Shown piece by piece: positions 24,545-39,500 of a stretch of DNA of 64,000 nucleotides. Positions within the stretch are counted from its first letter, which is position 1; every line of letters begins with the position of its first letter. This stretch comes from Iphione sp. A-MEVVRFRX5 (Eukaryota), in the NCBI GenBank assembly GCA_976226885.1, contig OZ320317.1, positions 52,886,001 through 52,950,000 on the forward strand, written 5' to 3'. The translations under genes and the position numbers were made by a program. The notes below the pieces were generated by a model, which saw only the letters and a list, made by a program, of their open reading frames with translations, was not told where the DNA came from and ran no database searches.

Positions 24545-27500
24545 AGCTGAGCTCTACGCTAGCGACCAGCCGTTAGCGTACTCGGCTGAGACGACAAGCC
24601 GCCATACAAGGCCCCCTGCTGGGACGCCGTTGTACCACAAGCGGAGGCGGCTGAGCCCGCGCGGGTGGCTGGTAATCTTAACGATTGTTTGCTCCCGCCA
24701 CAAGACCCAACAAACATGGCTGACAAGAGAAGCTGAGCGGCAAACAAAGCGAACGGCGCAGCCTCCAAGGGCGATGCGCGTGCTGCTGCCGACTGACTGC
24801 CTCCCTGCCCCACCACAGTGCTACCTACTCCTTAGGATGCGCGGGGATGGGGACAGCGTCCTGTCCACCCTCAGACTACATCCCCAGGCTTTCTTAACCG
24901 GCTTAGAGGCGTGTACGTTAAGGGCACTCAGCTGCCAGTGCACAGGGAGGTTAAAAAGGACAGTTTCGGTAGAAGTGTCACGACATGGGACTCTGTCGCG
25001 TAGCGGGGAACCAAGCGAGGGAAGCTAACTTGCCAGTTCAGAGATGTGTACCAAGCTGGATTCTCCGGCATGAAAAGGGTCGACAATCATGTACATTACG
25101 AGTAGTGGGACAGTCGAGTCCACAATTAGGGAGGCATCAAGAGCCATGCCCATTGCTACATGCTGCAGCAGGACTGCCAGTGGACAGAAACGTCCCGCGT
25201 TGGGCCATGTAGCATGACACTGATCCCCAGCTGTGTCTGTTGAGGACGACTCGACTGCCGGTTAAAAGGACATTTTCATTAGAACCGTATTGAATTGGGC
25301 TCTATGGCATGAGATAATTCCAAAGATGGGTATTACAGTAGCACCTGCACTGCCAGCTGAGAGAAGAATCCGGGCCTGGGTCTCGTGGTATGGGATGGAA
25401 CTTTTGGCTTCTTCGTTTAGGACAGGTGGACTGTCGATGCAACACGGACCGACCAAAAATGCTATAAGTACAACAGCCTCGAAATAAGGCTTCATGGCTC
25501 ACAAGGATTTTGTCGGGGTTTAATCGGATAGCTAAGCATTCCCTAATGGCTCCCAAAACTCATAAAATAACGCGTAGAATTGTTTGGTTGGTGAGGTGAA
25601 GACAACCTCTCCGCTCGTAAATATGACGCCTTCAAAATGCCTGCGCATGGAAAGTTCTCTTGGGTTAACGCTCTTGGGTTAAATTTAAACACAGGGTTAC
25701 AGGTTGGAAAGGAGATAGCACGTGTCAGATGAAAACGGAAAAGGGGGAACGAGGCAGAAAGGATAAGAAGAGGGGGACGATGAAGCTTAACCTGGGAGGG
25801 GAAGAGTTCAGCCGAAAGACTCAAGGAAGAGACCACGACGATGAGAAAAAGGACCATTAGCAGATGAAGCCTCATTATCAGTGGTGGGAATGACATCGGT
25901 AGAAAACAATACACCAGGGAACTGCAATGGAAGAGTAATTGAAAGTGATGAGAGGAGGACAGCGACTAACAGATGGCTCGAATAGCGGAAAATCAGAGGT
26001 TGAAGGGGGCCTGACAGAACGATACGGGGGCTTTAGACCTTTATTTATATGCGTGGGCGATCAGGCCCATGGGCGTGGCACGTCAGACAAAGAGAATGGC
26101 TCTCTGTATCTGTACATTAGGAGATGCGAGTAAGCAACGATTATATATCAATGACAGCCTTGCACGGCTCATGAATACATATTATTCCTACGCTGCGTGG
26201 CCCTCGGTGATAATACTGGCGTCGATATACTTAAATATAAACGGTCGTATTTCTCACCTTTTGTCACGTTGATGCTGTATAGGGCAATGGGACAGATCTG
26301 CAGGCCATTCTGATGTTCTTCCATCAGGGATCTCAGTGATAGGAATAAATAAATGTGGAGAAATACAACGTGCATCATTTCGTACAGAACTCTTCCTACT
26401 AACACAATGTACAAGTAAAGCTCTCTTAACGAATCCTCTGGAAAAGAAGCGTCTCGATAATGAAGTCAGGGTTAGCAATGTAAAGAGAAGCCATTTCAGT
26501 TCAATTTTCAGAGTCCCGAATAGAAATGCTTTATGATATGGGCACTTCTGAAGTTCTGCTGTTGTGGAGGATTTTTGGAACATATTATACTAGACTGATC
26601 CGATGGAAAATCTGCAGAACAAAATATGTTTACTGTGAATGGCTAACTTCAATGGGCATCTCACATTACTCATAAAAATGCTTAAATCTTGGGCTCAAAG
26701 TAGCTAAACATTTTATTACAGACTTCTTATATGCCTGTACATCCTTGCGCATGCAACCATACTATGTGTACGGCAATCATTTTCCGACCTTTCCTTCAAG
26801 TAACAACCATACGACGGCTACTCTATTGTAAATCGTCCCAACCTGATGGGCACACACTTTCTACGTGTCATTCCTAAGAGTGGCTCCATTCTGACGAAAA
26901 GCTGAGAAATGATATCTGTGCCACATAAGTGCAGGAGAACCACGGGTAAAGTGGCGCCTCCTAAAAGTACAACTAGTTGCCTACTGGAGGCAGTGGGTCA
27001 GTCGGAGGAGGCGCGGGGGGGGGGGCGGTAGGAGATGGTTCCCATTATTGGCGCATGCTATGTACAACCCTTCTGCAGTGGGTCCAGCCAAGAATTCCTG
27101 CTGCAAAGTACCAGCCATTACGCGTCATCCCATGGCCGGGCGTCAAGACGGATCTGCTGGCTCAGGCCGGGGGGTGGAATATCTAATGCTACCCTACTCG
27201 GCGGTCCATTAGCTGGCTCCATACTCTCAACAGTCATATCAAACCCCTACCCCCCCCCCCCACCCCCATCAATGCTGGACGACCGGGGAACAGGTAGGCA
27301 GCAACTGCACGGTTATCTAGATACAAACTGGTTCAAAACATCCAGCCCGAGATAGTATTAATAAAACATGAACTGTCGGTCGTGAAGGCGAAGCGTGATG
27401 GATCGGGCTGGAAAACGAAATTGTTTATGCGAGAGAATGAACCTTTGGAGCCCTCCTTGTGTCATAGCAAGGCAATATGAGGCTAATGCAGTATGGGCTG

Positions 27501-30500
27501 GGTTTCTTTTTTCCTTGGCTGTTATGATCAGGAACTAAGCCGACACCCTTAGCCAATATCTGAACAGCTTGTTAAAACATATTTAATGACACGAAACTAT
27601 TCTGTTCTTGTCTTCATTACCGCTTTTTCCATTGGCTTTCATTTACCGAACTGAGACAGCGGATATTACATTGAGCGAAAATGTCAAATTCTTCTCTCGA
27701 TACGTACCGGTTTTGGGGGCCAGCCTTCCGATGGAAATCTGTTATTACTTAAAAAGGCATTTGTCTCCTGTTCCCAGCTACTTTCCATTGTCATCTATTA
27801 TTAAGCATTTCGTTGTCTAAAAAGTACCATTAGGCACAATGCTTAATCAAAGCTACACGGCCTGTTTTACCGAGCTGGGGAGAACATGATTTTTTTTGTT
27901 GCCAAGGCTTTCATTTCGTCCTATTAGGATCTAATAAAAGTACCTATGGAACTTGGATGACCGTTATTTTCCCAATAAACAAGCATTTTATTGGCAGTTC
28001 TTGTCAACATTCATTATCAATTTATACGCATTTGTCACTGGCCTCATCTCTTAAGTTTGGCGCCCCTCTTTCGGGCCAAGTAAAATAAATTCTACATGAA
28101 AGAGAGTACTTACTGACCAGATGGCTTAGCTGACACACAGAACTAGCTGTATCTACCTCAAGGGAAAATTAGAAAGACGAAGACCTAATACGCCACATGG
28201 GAGCTGAACTAACCGGCTAGGTGCCTGCCACTCGGAGCGGCCATCCCACCCACAAACACGGTTACTCTGGACAGGCGACAATGGCTTCTCGCACGGCATT
28301 CCGCCGTTTTCGCGCCATTACCTATGCATCTTGGCTGCGGTAGTAGGTAATGGTGCCCAATTCCCTGGTACTCGAAACTCTTTGGCGCTCTCCGGCATTC
28401 TGAGACGCGATCATTCGCTCAGAATATGCAAATGAGGACACAAGTCGGCTGATGGGACGTCCATTATTGCCTACGATGCAGATGGACGCCTTCTGGCAGT
28501 TACTATGGCTGCCGTCAGAGGGCCCTCCCATTAGAAACATGGCATCCCGTTCTCCGGACACTCGTCATCGCTTTCCGGTAGGTACTCCCGAGCCCAGATA
28601 CTTCCGGTTCCGGTTATCACTGCGCCGGCACCGACAGGGCTGCCAATGGAATATACGGCTGTCAAGATGCAAGATCTTCCTGTTATCGTTTGATATTATG
28701 CTTCACATCACTGCCGCCCCTCCCCACAGGGGCCTAATGTAGCTTTAACGTGGTCAGTTGAAGGGGAAAATTTTGTTTTTCGATTACTCATGTAAAGTCC
28801 CTATAACGTGATCTGACATGCACAGAAGATAGGGAGCTTCACGCCATTGACACCGGCGTGCATGTAATATGGAGAGCGGCGGGATATCTAGGATGGCAGA
28901 GACAGATAAGACATTTTCATTTTTAAAACCCTCGCAATCAGGAGGTATCGAGCTGTAAGTGCATTTGAATTATATGAAAGGCACGTGACCATGAATGCGA
29001 AGATAACAACTGAATTGGAGTTTTGGGGAAAATGGCTTATGGTACAAGTAATCTTGGGTGTGACACTACTACGAATGTCCTGAGCATGCTGGTCTTCGGA
29101 AATGAAGACCAGTCAACTACAATGTATGTGAAAGTCTAATTAAATTGAGGCCAGTCCATTACAATGAACGTGCCAGTCTAATAAAATGGAGGCCAGTCCA
29201 TGTATGTGTATTTCAAATAGCTTATCAAATGAAAACCATTCTATGACAATTTCTGTAACAATGAAACAAATGGAGGCTATGGAGTCACTATGCTATAAAC
29301 TGTAACAATACTGCAACCTTTTCCGCTTTTCTTGAAACGGTCAAAGAAAGAAGGGCAGATTCCAAATAGAACTATTTACCTCAAAGACCATACCTAAATG
29401 TTTATCAAACAAGACAGTGGACCTTTGAGATCTATTGCCCCCACCTCTAACACCTTGAACCACACTAACATAATGACTTACATGTATATGCCTGACTGCA
29501 AATAGATGACCAACACAATGTCACACATTACACAGTGTGTGTGGTGGTGAGAAGAATATATTGAAATACAATAATTTTGCATTTAAATTCTTGCAATATC
29601 ACAAAAAGCACCCAATGTCAAGTACTCATGTTGTAAGAGAACATACTGAATAAAATTATTTCATTTCATACAGTAGTTTGGCAGTTATAAGACCCACAAG
29701 GTCGTGACGGTCAGCCAATATAAAACCTTTCGATCTCCACGGAAACTTCATCCTCGTTTGGATATAGCGCCTGCTTACACAATCAAAACACATCTATTTG
29801 AACGCACTTCCAATTACGAGATGCCTTATAAACTGGATTAAATAAAAGCGTATCTAAGCCCCACCTTTCGTGACTTTCAGACTATACTATAATAAGACTA
29901 GTTCTTCCATCCTGTTTTTACGTATTTCTCTTTGTATTACTCTCCTATCTCTGTCAGCTGTATCAGCTTCGCACAGTCCAATTTCCTTTTTCTACGACTA
30001 AGAAGGCGGAAGTTATTTTGACAACGTGTAATGTGAAAAGCATCGCCCGTGGCGTTGTAATTATGGACCTAGGACGTCAAACCAATGAGGCGTTCAGGAA
30101 AATTAAGAACGGCGCAAAAATGCTTCCACCAGCGGGTATGCGGCAATGGCTTGCCTGGCCGTTATCTGCGTGAAACTAAAATCAGGTCCGATGCGACGTA
30201 ACGGGCTGGATGACCGCTAGTGGTAGCTCCACACAGAAACGTATAGCTTCGTTGATATGACATGGAAGTAACGGCTCTGTTCGGAATCATTACATAAATA
30301 ATAACCGGCCGCAAGAATCAATATTCCCTTCCGGCTGTTGCCAGGTTATAGGCATTAACCCGACACAAGGCTAAAATCCTGGGAATACAGTTTTTGCCGT
30401 GCTTAATCCTTTCGCTTAATCATGGCCCGTACAGGGATATACGGTTGGTAATTAGGCAGGGAGCAAGAAACAAGCCGCTCGCTATGATGGGATTTACGAA

Positions 30501-33500
30501 GTGTCCCTGCCGCTGTAATCGCGGGTGGCTGTCGGCCTTGGAAGACCTCCTGCGGCCTTTGATCTTTGCTCGACGCCCAACAATAATCCCTATCACACAG
30601 AATACTACAGGTTTCATCGTTATCTTCTGGCAGACTGAATGACTGCCGAAGACATTTACGTGATCGAGACATTTTAACTTATCCAACCAATAAATTCTTT
30701 TAAACGTTTATTTATTCTGGAAGGAATTAGGCTGTTTGCCTTACATATCCAGATCCTCTGTCATCATACGAGTGCGGAATCTCAAGGAACAGGATACAGG
30801 AATAACAAATGACGTCTCTTCAGTTCAATTTGAAGAGAATGGGGCTGGTGGAATGTGGTGATGATTATGGTTCGATGGTGTTACAGTATGAAGGTGAAGA
30901 TGAAGATGAATTATTGCACTCGGTCTATGGGTTGTAATGGTTGGGACTATGATTTATAAAATACACTTTTCAAGATCATATGATCATATGGTTATGAAAT
31001 TGAAATGAAAGGGTTAGTGCTTGGATCACAAGAAGATTTCTCTTCATCTGACACTGATCTACGCATCGCATCTCAAGGGACCCTGAGATTCTCTTTCCTA
31101 TTTCTTGTCATGAAACCGGTATTCCAGACATGTATAAAGCAAAGTTTGAACTCACATCCGACAAAGAGCCTGTGAGCAAATATATCATTTTTCCTTCTGA
31201 TAAGAGAGCTCATTCTGTCCGCTCGTAACTCTATAAAACAAATGGATATCTTTTTAAAATTTTAGGTACTGCCTTTAGTATCACGTAAAGAATTGTGAAG
31301 TGTACCCAAATTTCTGTTATGCTCTTAATGATTTCACTCAAACATTTCGGATTGTCTTTAGTTGGCGGTGCACATTATAAAGCTAGGTATTCAGAATCAG
31401 TTTTACCTCGACACGGAATGGCCCTGCCCATGGGTTTGCCATTGGATCAGTGTGACGGAGATTTCCATCGTTTCTGTTTTTTGTGTGTAAATTACTGTTT
31501 CTTTTTCGTAAAATTGCAAAATGTTACTTAATACTTGACGAAGCTGACCTAGTGTTAAGACACAGTGTGGATCTCTTCGTAATAACAGAGAGTAGTGGGC
31601 TCGGGATCATAAAGGGACATTACTTGGCAAGTCACGTTTACAGCCGGGTTTCTCCCATGTTTCTCATGACCTGACACAGGTGGGCATATGCTGGCCACCA
31701 AAGACCAGGTGTGCTCTATGGCGTCCTTTTCACCTGCCAACGATAAATGTGAGGACTGTATAACGAAAAACATGTAGGACTTGCACCAAAAAAATGTGGG
31801 GGCGGGAGGTGCACTGGAAACTTTTGATGTATGGCTTCTGGAAATGGCTTCCACTCGCCGCGCTGCCCGCTTCTTCAATGGCTTCTCTTCTTCAAGTCAT
31901 CTTCAACACTGTAACCATAGTTACTTCTTTTAGCTCTCTGGCTTGGCACATCGGGCTAAGTAGGACATTCCGGAATTTTGATGAAATAAGGAATTTAAAA
32001 AAACACAATAAATGTTCAGTTCCGTCCGTATAGTAGAAATAACGAATTTAAATGAAACCTTTGAATTACTGCTCCATTACCTGTGGAAAGCAAAGTGTAC
32101 TGAATGACAGTGACTCGAACATACACTTTTATAAATAAATACTTCCAAATTTTAAAGAAAATTTTCTAACTTAATTACTATTACCGATCATATTATACTT
32201 TACCTGCAATTCTGCACTGTGTTGTGCATTAAGTCAAAATCATTGTTCATGGACTGATCATTACTTAACTCACTCAAAGACCTGAGAACGCCTGAAGTAT
32301 TCCCAGGTGTGATCTTCGACATGCTTACACACGCCCAGACGAAACCCCGCGGATGTCGTGAGGCATGTTTGCAGCATAGGCACTACATACGTATTTCTAT
32401 CATCCTTGGAGGACTCATTAATTATCCTAATTAAAAAGAATTACATGTAATGGGTTGGGCAAGAAAACTGTATATTCCAGAATCAAATCTAAAGGTGTCT
32501 CCTGGATGTCTGCTTTGAATACTACCCGCCTTGCATGATTACAAATGTCTTTTATACAGGATATATGATGAGATTAGCAAATGCCACACAAAAAGATTGA
32601 TCTTAAATACAAACCTCTATAAGGGTTTTGTCTCTGTTTATGTATGATAGCTTTATTGTAGCTTGTTCATATGATTTATTTGTATACGCGCTTTGATCAA
32701 ATACTCGTATTTTTTAATTTTAAAAAGTCTTCCATTTGTAGGGATAGGCCTGGTCCTATCTGGCAATTTACCGAACATAGTCCTGACAGTAATGCTTAAC
32801 GATGGACTGTCATCCTGGATGCGTTAATGGGTAAAATATGGGGAATAGGTTTGATGTCTGGGTACTTCTTCATAAGGTCATCCTTTGGCAATGTCATTAA
32901 GCTGGGCAGACCGCTCCTGCTAGTTCCGGTTTGTAAAGGTCACTTTTGTGATCATGACAAGCTCAGGTGATACAGTCATCAACTGTGTCCTTGAATAGCC
33001 CGCATGCACCACGCCCTTTCCGGAGAGAAGGTACTGGTATTCATATGCCTATACAAATGACCTGCATTCACTGTACATCTCAGGTAGCAGCTGCTTACTT
33101 CTCACTAGGCAGTGCGAACAAACCAATGGTACCAACGGCGTAGCCTTGGCCACATTAAGGACATCACATTTGGTCGACATTCTTTGAGACTGTGTATTGA
33201 AGAGGGCTCACAAGAATCCTTCGAAACTTTATGAAAATGGCGAGTTATATGGAAAACGTCATTTTGATGTTAACAGATTAGGCATTCCCTTAGGCAAACA
33301 GTTTGTGTTCGAGCAAAATGTATGACTAATGCGGCCCAATGGTATCTCGTTCATCAGAATCTTGTTATCCCAATGCCTCGGTATCCACCGGGGAAGGTTG
33401 GGAACCAACTGCATACACGCTTCAGAAAAGCTACCTATCCAGATACATCATTTATCTAGACATTTTGCCTGGGAACCAAGATCTCAAGGCTACATGAGGT

Positions 33501-36500
33501 CTGCATGTACTTATATCCCTCCTCTTTACCAAATCTACTCAATCCACCTCCAACAGGGTCTAGTTTCTGCGTAGTGCTGCCGCCCATCCGGATGACGTCC
33601 AGACAGACTACGACACCTCCTGTTTGTTTGGAATGCATTCGTGTCGCCAATATTCTGGACAGCTCGTGTGATAGCCTCTCACTCTGTACCTGAGGGCAGT
33701 TCGTTATCAAACGTCCGGTCACTGCCCGGCTGTCACCTTCCGAGTAGATCAAAGATAGCAATGAGCAACCGGACTGACCACCGGCCCCCGCCTCGCCCGG
33801 GGCGGCGCAGCCTTGAGAACAGGAAACGTAACTAGGTCCTCTGAATCAAGACAGCCGCTGCCTCAAGATGACAGCCACCGTCACTGTTTCCGTACAGAAT
33901 CTCATACGTCTTTATTATCTTAGCATTGAAGTTGAAAGGAGACTCAAATCACGGTGGACGGTCTCTCTACGCTGGTAGCGCTCACCAGAGGCCCGTCCTC
34001 GCGTTCTTTGTTGGGGACTGAAGTGAAAGGGATCACCCTTTTGTAGTCGGCCTCCACTGACCCTGTTTACTGCTAAGGCCTCGGATACTCTTGCTTCTAA
34101 TGATACACCTGGAAGAAGTTCACTACCTGGATAGTTAATTAGTGTCTGTGATCTCAGAGAGGTAAAATGAAAGGTATTAACAAAAGCTTAAGAGAAAGCT
34201 TTGAGAAGAGCAAGAACAGTAAAAGGCTTACAATTTTGGCGGCTTCTACCTGCTCAACACATCCAGTGTATACTCGAATCGCTCAAGTTCGGCAAGATAT
34301 ATATCTCGGCCACAAGATGTTGCAGATATTAAACTGAGTCCCTGCTTCTAGCCGAGGACTGCACCGCTCCCCTCTAGCGCTCTACGCTACTGTTCCAAGG
34401 CCAAAGGGCAGGCTAGCGCTACCAGCGCAATCGATGGAAATGGCTGCAGCCGACACAAATGGACCATCTTGTGAGAAGTTTACAGATTTTGGAACAGAAT
34501 CACAATATGTAAGACGGGGAACTTAAAGTAACAGAGGGGACACGATAGAAAAGACATTCGAGTTTGACGATCTTCACTAATATATGTACGATTAGGGCGC
34601 AGCGCATTATCCGATGGGTAGGGAACCTATTCGAGCGTGATTGGCGAGATAAGGACACATTAGGACGTGAGGTGCTTCTAATGTGGTACACACGTCTGGC
34701 CACTCTCACAATGTAGGCCTCCACAATAGGCACGGCAGTTAAAAGTAGTTGCGACCTTAAAACCTCTCTAATTTGCCTAACGTAGCGTCATGTTTGGAAG
34801 GCTGGGGATGAACGGAGTCGTCAGGGTCTGATATGAAAACCCAGTGTATCGTAAAATTCATGCATCAGTGTAGAGGAACTGTGGCATTAATTACTTAAAG
34901 TAATTAAATCGGGGCTGAGTTAAACAGTTTCCTTCTGGCTAGGGCTTTAAAGTTTCTTCACACCACAGATACGCAGCTTGCAGAGCAATTCCTTTAAAAT
35001 GTGAACCAATTTACATAAAGAAGCACCCTCCTACAGAAGCACGTTTCAGAAGTCTTACATTTAAAGGCATAGAGGCTGTGACGCGAAATCATGTGTGGTA
35101 CACAAACAACCCACAGCCATTGCTTTGTCCTTGTGGAAACCTCTGGTCTGTAGACTAACAGTACAGCTACTGAAGCACTTGTCCACTCAGAGTTGAATAA
35201 AGGAATCCGACATTCAACAAAATCGGAAAGCAATAAGTAAAAAAAAATTAATAAAAGGACCGCGGTGTTAGTACTCTCGACACAAACTCAATGACAGAAT
35301 TTCATTTTATCGCTCCACTGGCCCGCAGTAGAACTGGTCGCATTATCCACAGGGTACTTGATCGCCTTGTACCAGTGAAGTTGTCTTACATTCCCCTGCG
35401 GAGTATCAGGATTCATTCAAGAACTTTCCTTCGTAGTCGCTTGTAAATTTGATTGGGGAGAATTCCCATATGACCATTGGGTATGGTATGTTTACATGTC
35501 TTCCAATAGCAAACGCTGCGCCCACCACCGAACTGCATTATGGAAGTGCAATGTATGGAGATTGTCTATGGTAGCGTACATCAATGATCGCTTTCCCATT
35601 CGACACTGTTAACCGCGACTAGTTGTAATGGAATTCATGTTAAATATACTTGCGTCAAATACTGCGGTGTGCAGTAACACACCATCAATAGGAAATAGTT
35701 CCAATTTGGGGGGGGGGACTTGGCAATAAAGGAGATAAAGGGGAAATGGAAAGCACTAATTTTAACAAGGCCAAAAAAACGAGGTTAACAGAAAAATACT
35801 GAAATGAAAGTCAATTAACTGTTGAGCTCTGACTCTCCAAGAGATTCTTAATAACTGAGAAACTTCTCTAATTCGACGTCAGAGTTGCTGTCACGGTTTA
35901 ATGGTAACAGAGGGAGATTCGTGGGCGGTCCTCAACCTCTGACTGGAGACAGGAGCAATTTTAAAGCCATCATGAAATATTTCTGGCTTTTCTCACCAGG
36001 CTAATTGGCATCCGTGCGGGGCTCTCCGGGAGGCGAGCTGCTCGCCAGTCTTTGTAACGAAATCTCTTCGCACCTTTTTCTTTTTCCCGAATACTAATTA
36101 ATGTAATTTTCTGGGTGTTTATTTTTGCCCCTACATAAATCTAATGCCCCTAATTGGGCCCGGCTGATGATTCGGTGGACGTTTCCTGGTACGTCACGGC
36201 TCCCTGGGTGAGCGGCGCTAACTACTTACAACTATAAATGCTACGTTAGCAGTTTTCATTCAGTATGGATGTGTCGAAGCTCCCGGGCTGGAGTATGTGG
36301 TCGACCTTAGGGCGAAATAACATCAACAACTGACGCTTACGGAAACAATTCCAGCAACTCATGTTGGTGGAAATACATGTACAGCCGGATACCTTGCGGC
36401 CGGGGAGAGAGTGGGTTACAAAGTACCCTATCATATAATACCTTGTCGGCCATCGATTTACTCCACCCAGTTTTCACCTTCCTAATCTAAGGGCAGGTGC

Positions 36501-39500
36501 TGATGGACTAGTAGTGTGTCGGAGATACACCACCTTGTATGTTCACGGTCCACGGCTGATTATAAGTGGGCATCTTGGCCATTAGGAATGACCCCGGGTT
36601 TGATACTCACTGCAAGAATAGAATGCCAAGATGCGGTCGCTCTTGACAGTGAAACCATGAACATTCTAAACAAGTTCCAATTGTAAGCGATGTCCACACC
36701 CACAGCCAGTTTTCGCTGATTTTATACGGAAGCGTGGGAGACTATATCTGGCACAGAAGAGACAAATGATATTGACCGACAGACTGAAACGAAAGTGGGA
36801 AGTACGCAAATGTCTAAAGAAAATCCCGAAAATGCAGGTACAAATAGCATGATTCTCGGAATCAGCTCGCAATTAATGGCTGCTAGCCTGCCAGGTTAGG
36901 TGCCAGCGGCCATTGCTGCATGTCATTATTTTCGGTCTGGAACGGATTCACTCACCTTACCGTCGAAGCTGAGCAACTGGTCGCAGAAAGGGACAACAGG
37001 TGTACCCGGTGGCTTTCGAAATTGAATCTAGGTATTGACAGGATGGCCTCCTCAATGGTGGAGGGCTTCACATTGACATTTCTGTCCTTGCCACGATGTT
37101 CCTCGTTGAGGAGGTGCTGTGCAGCGCATGTGTGCAACCATTTGCTGCGTATCTGGGTGTAGCGCTACCTGCTCCTTCCATCCCCCCGGCCCCCAAGAGC
37201 GATGCCACCCTCCTTATAGAGGCATGCACCTACTTTCCCATTCCATGTGTCTGCAAGGAAGGTCGGCGAAGCTCGGCATCAGGCAGCCCCTTCCTTAAAA
37301 GGACTTCCAGGCAGTTGTCACGGTAACACTGCAGGAGGGACGTTTACGAGTTCATCCACGGGCGCCTTTGTTAGCTCGGGCTGGGGTAGCGAGAAACTAC
37401 TTTGGGGGCAAATTACAGAACTTATCATACTTATCTGTCCCACCTAAGTAATGAATATATGCATGTTAACAGATAGCAGGCCAAGTGGGAGGACAAGGCC
37501 ATACATTAATGATGGGGAAAGTCGAGCGACGGCGCCAGTAGGCTCCCTGTCGCTGGATTACGAGGAGGCTGCCAACGATAGTGCTGAAGCTCCAGCCGGG
37601 AACACTTACTGCTGGCCCTGCAGCGCCATGCCCAGCAAATATAGGATCGGTCCTTGTATGGTGCGAAGTTGGGAGGTCTTCATAATATGACAATGGCGTC
37701 CGACTTTCAGGACTCCGTGGGCAACGGTCCCGGCTGTTGACAACGGAGAGTAACACCAATTTAACTGAAAGCGACAGGCATACTGAAGCACTGACCAGAT
37801 GAGGAAAAAAAACGCGTCATGAAATATTTAGAGCTTATGAAACGTGACTAGAATGCTACGTTAAATTACAAAAGACGGGACCATTCAATATGTATGTTAG
37901 TGCTGATGAAAGCAGCGACAGAACACTGTGGCCGACTGAAAAGACAATTACTCACACCGGCTTCAACACTCAACAGAAAGCAGGCAACGGAGCCCTGGAA
38001 TGAATCACAAATCCAAGTCTGCACGCCGCACCTTTGATGGTGTAGAGAGGGGAGCAACTCACTCCAATCCCTTCAACAGAATTGGCCATGCTGCAAAGCC
38101 GTGAACGAAAGAACCTAGCCAGAAAACTAGCAACGTCTAAGGTAGAGCCTTACCACAACTGCCACTATGTAACACAGAGCCCCGTCCTGACTGGCAACGA
38201 GTAAGGAGAGGTCTAGTTGGTCTAACCAACTGATGCTAGTTACAGTTCCCCTCCCCGTCCTTCCTCAAAGTCTAATGTGTCTGACACACCCTAGTCCCTA
38301 TTAATGATGTGTAAAGATAGTCCCTAGGCGGCCGTGGGAAACATGAAAGCTGGAGTGTAACGTAGCACGCAGCCTCAGCTCTATAGACATTAAAATTAAC
38401 ACAATCCACAGAGCGCGGTCCCTTCTACTGCCACACAGATCTTGCAAAGGTGACTGGTATTAACAACGGTGGGCCTAGCCTATCACGGCTTCTGACACAT
38501 CTACATGACGACTGACAACACTGACTACTGCTAGCTCCCTGCTGAGAGAGTGGAGACAAGTCAATGATCCAACCGCTGTTGCTTGCCTACTTGCTGTCAT
38601 CATCACAGATAGAACTGGCGGTAGAACTATGGGTTCTTGCCGAGTGGCTCTGTATAATACTTCCGTCTCTAATCAAATAAGAACAGGGTCATGGTTCTTC
38701 CTCTTTTTATTCGCTATGCCAAACCTTCTTTATGCACAACGATGAAAAAGGTCACCTTTGGGCGGGGGTGAGGCTTATAATTAGTTTCTTATTGAACAAG
38801 TCAGCTGCAAGAATGACATCGCTTCAGGTTCACAAAGGCACTCGATTTTCAGACGAAAAGGATTACGATACAAAGAAGCCTCAGCTTCCCGTACGGAGTT
38901 CCCGCTGAGGTTACTATCATTCGTACATTTTTAAGTCCCTAGCCTTTGACAGCGATCACTTGTGTATTAATCTCTGTGTGCGTCATGATTCCACTTCTCT
39001 GTGTATCCTCCTGCTTGATGCCTGTGATGGCAGTAAGCCTGTGTCTGTCTCCTCCTCCTTCACTCGTTCTACGTGTCAAAATACCTGCTGTAGAAATACA
39101 CCTGGTCTTATATCTAACTCATAATGGTGTGTAACACTGGGTTGGTACAGGTAGCATGAAACAAAATGACCGTCCATCCATCTGGATTGCAGTATACCAA
39201 GCTGTTATATTGCCCCCGTGGCAATCTCTGACCCGTCTTGTCCTTTTTCCTCATCTGCAACTAAATCTCCATGGGTCGACAGGATGCCCTAGCAGCTAAG
39301 ACAAAATTATGAAGTGTCACCACAATGGAGTATCCTGTCAGTGACACAAAGCAGGTCAAATGTCGTTAGACAAGATGTTCCTCAGCAAGAATCAGTACGT
39401 CAATGAAAGCGTCAATCACTGGGCTGGCCGAAGAACAGCAATTACAGGAAATTATGACGTCTAGGCATTAGTGTACGACAGTCCGAACATTTAAATGACA

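Noticed and set aside
34887-34907. Palindrome TTAATTACT-TAA-AGTAATTAA
   Set aside because: AT-rich 9-bp stem, plausible by chance in 64 kb.
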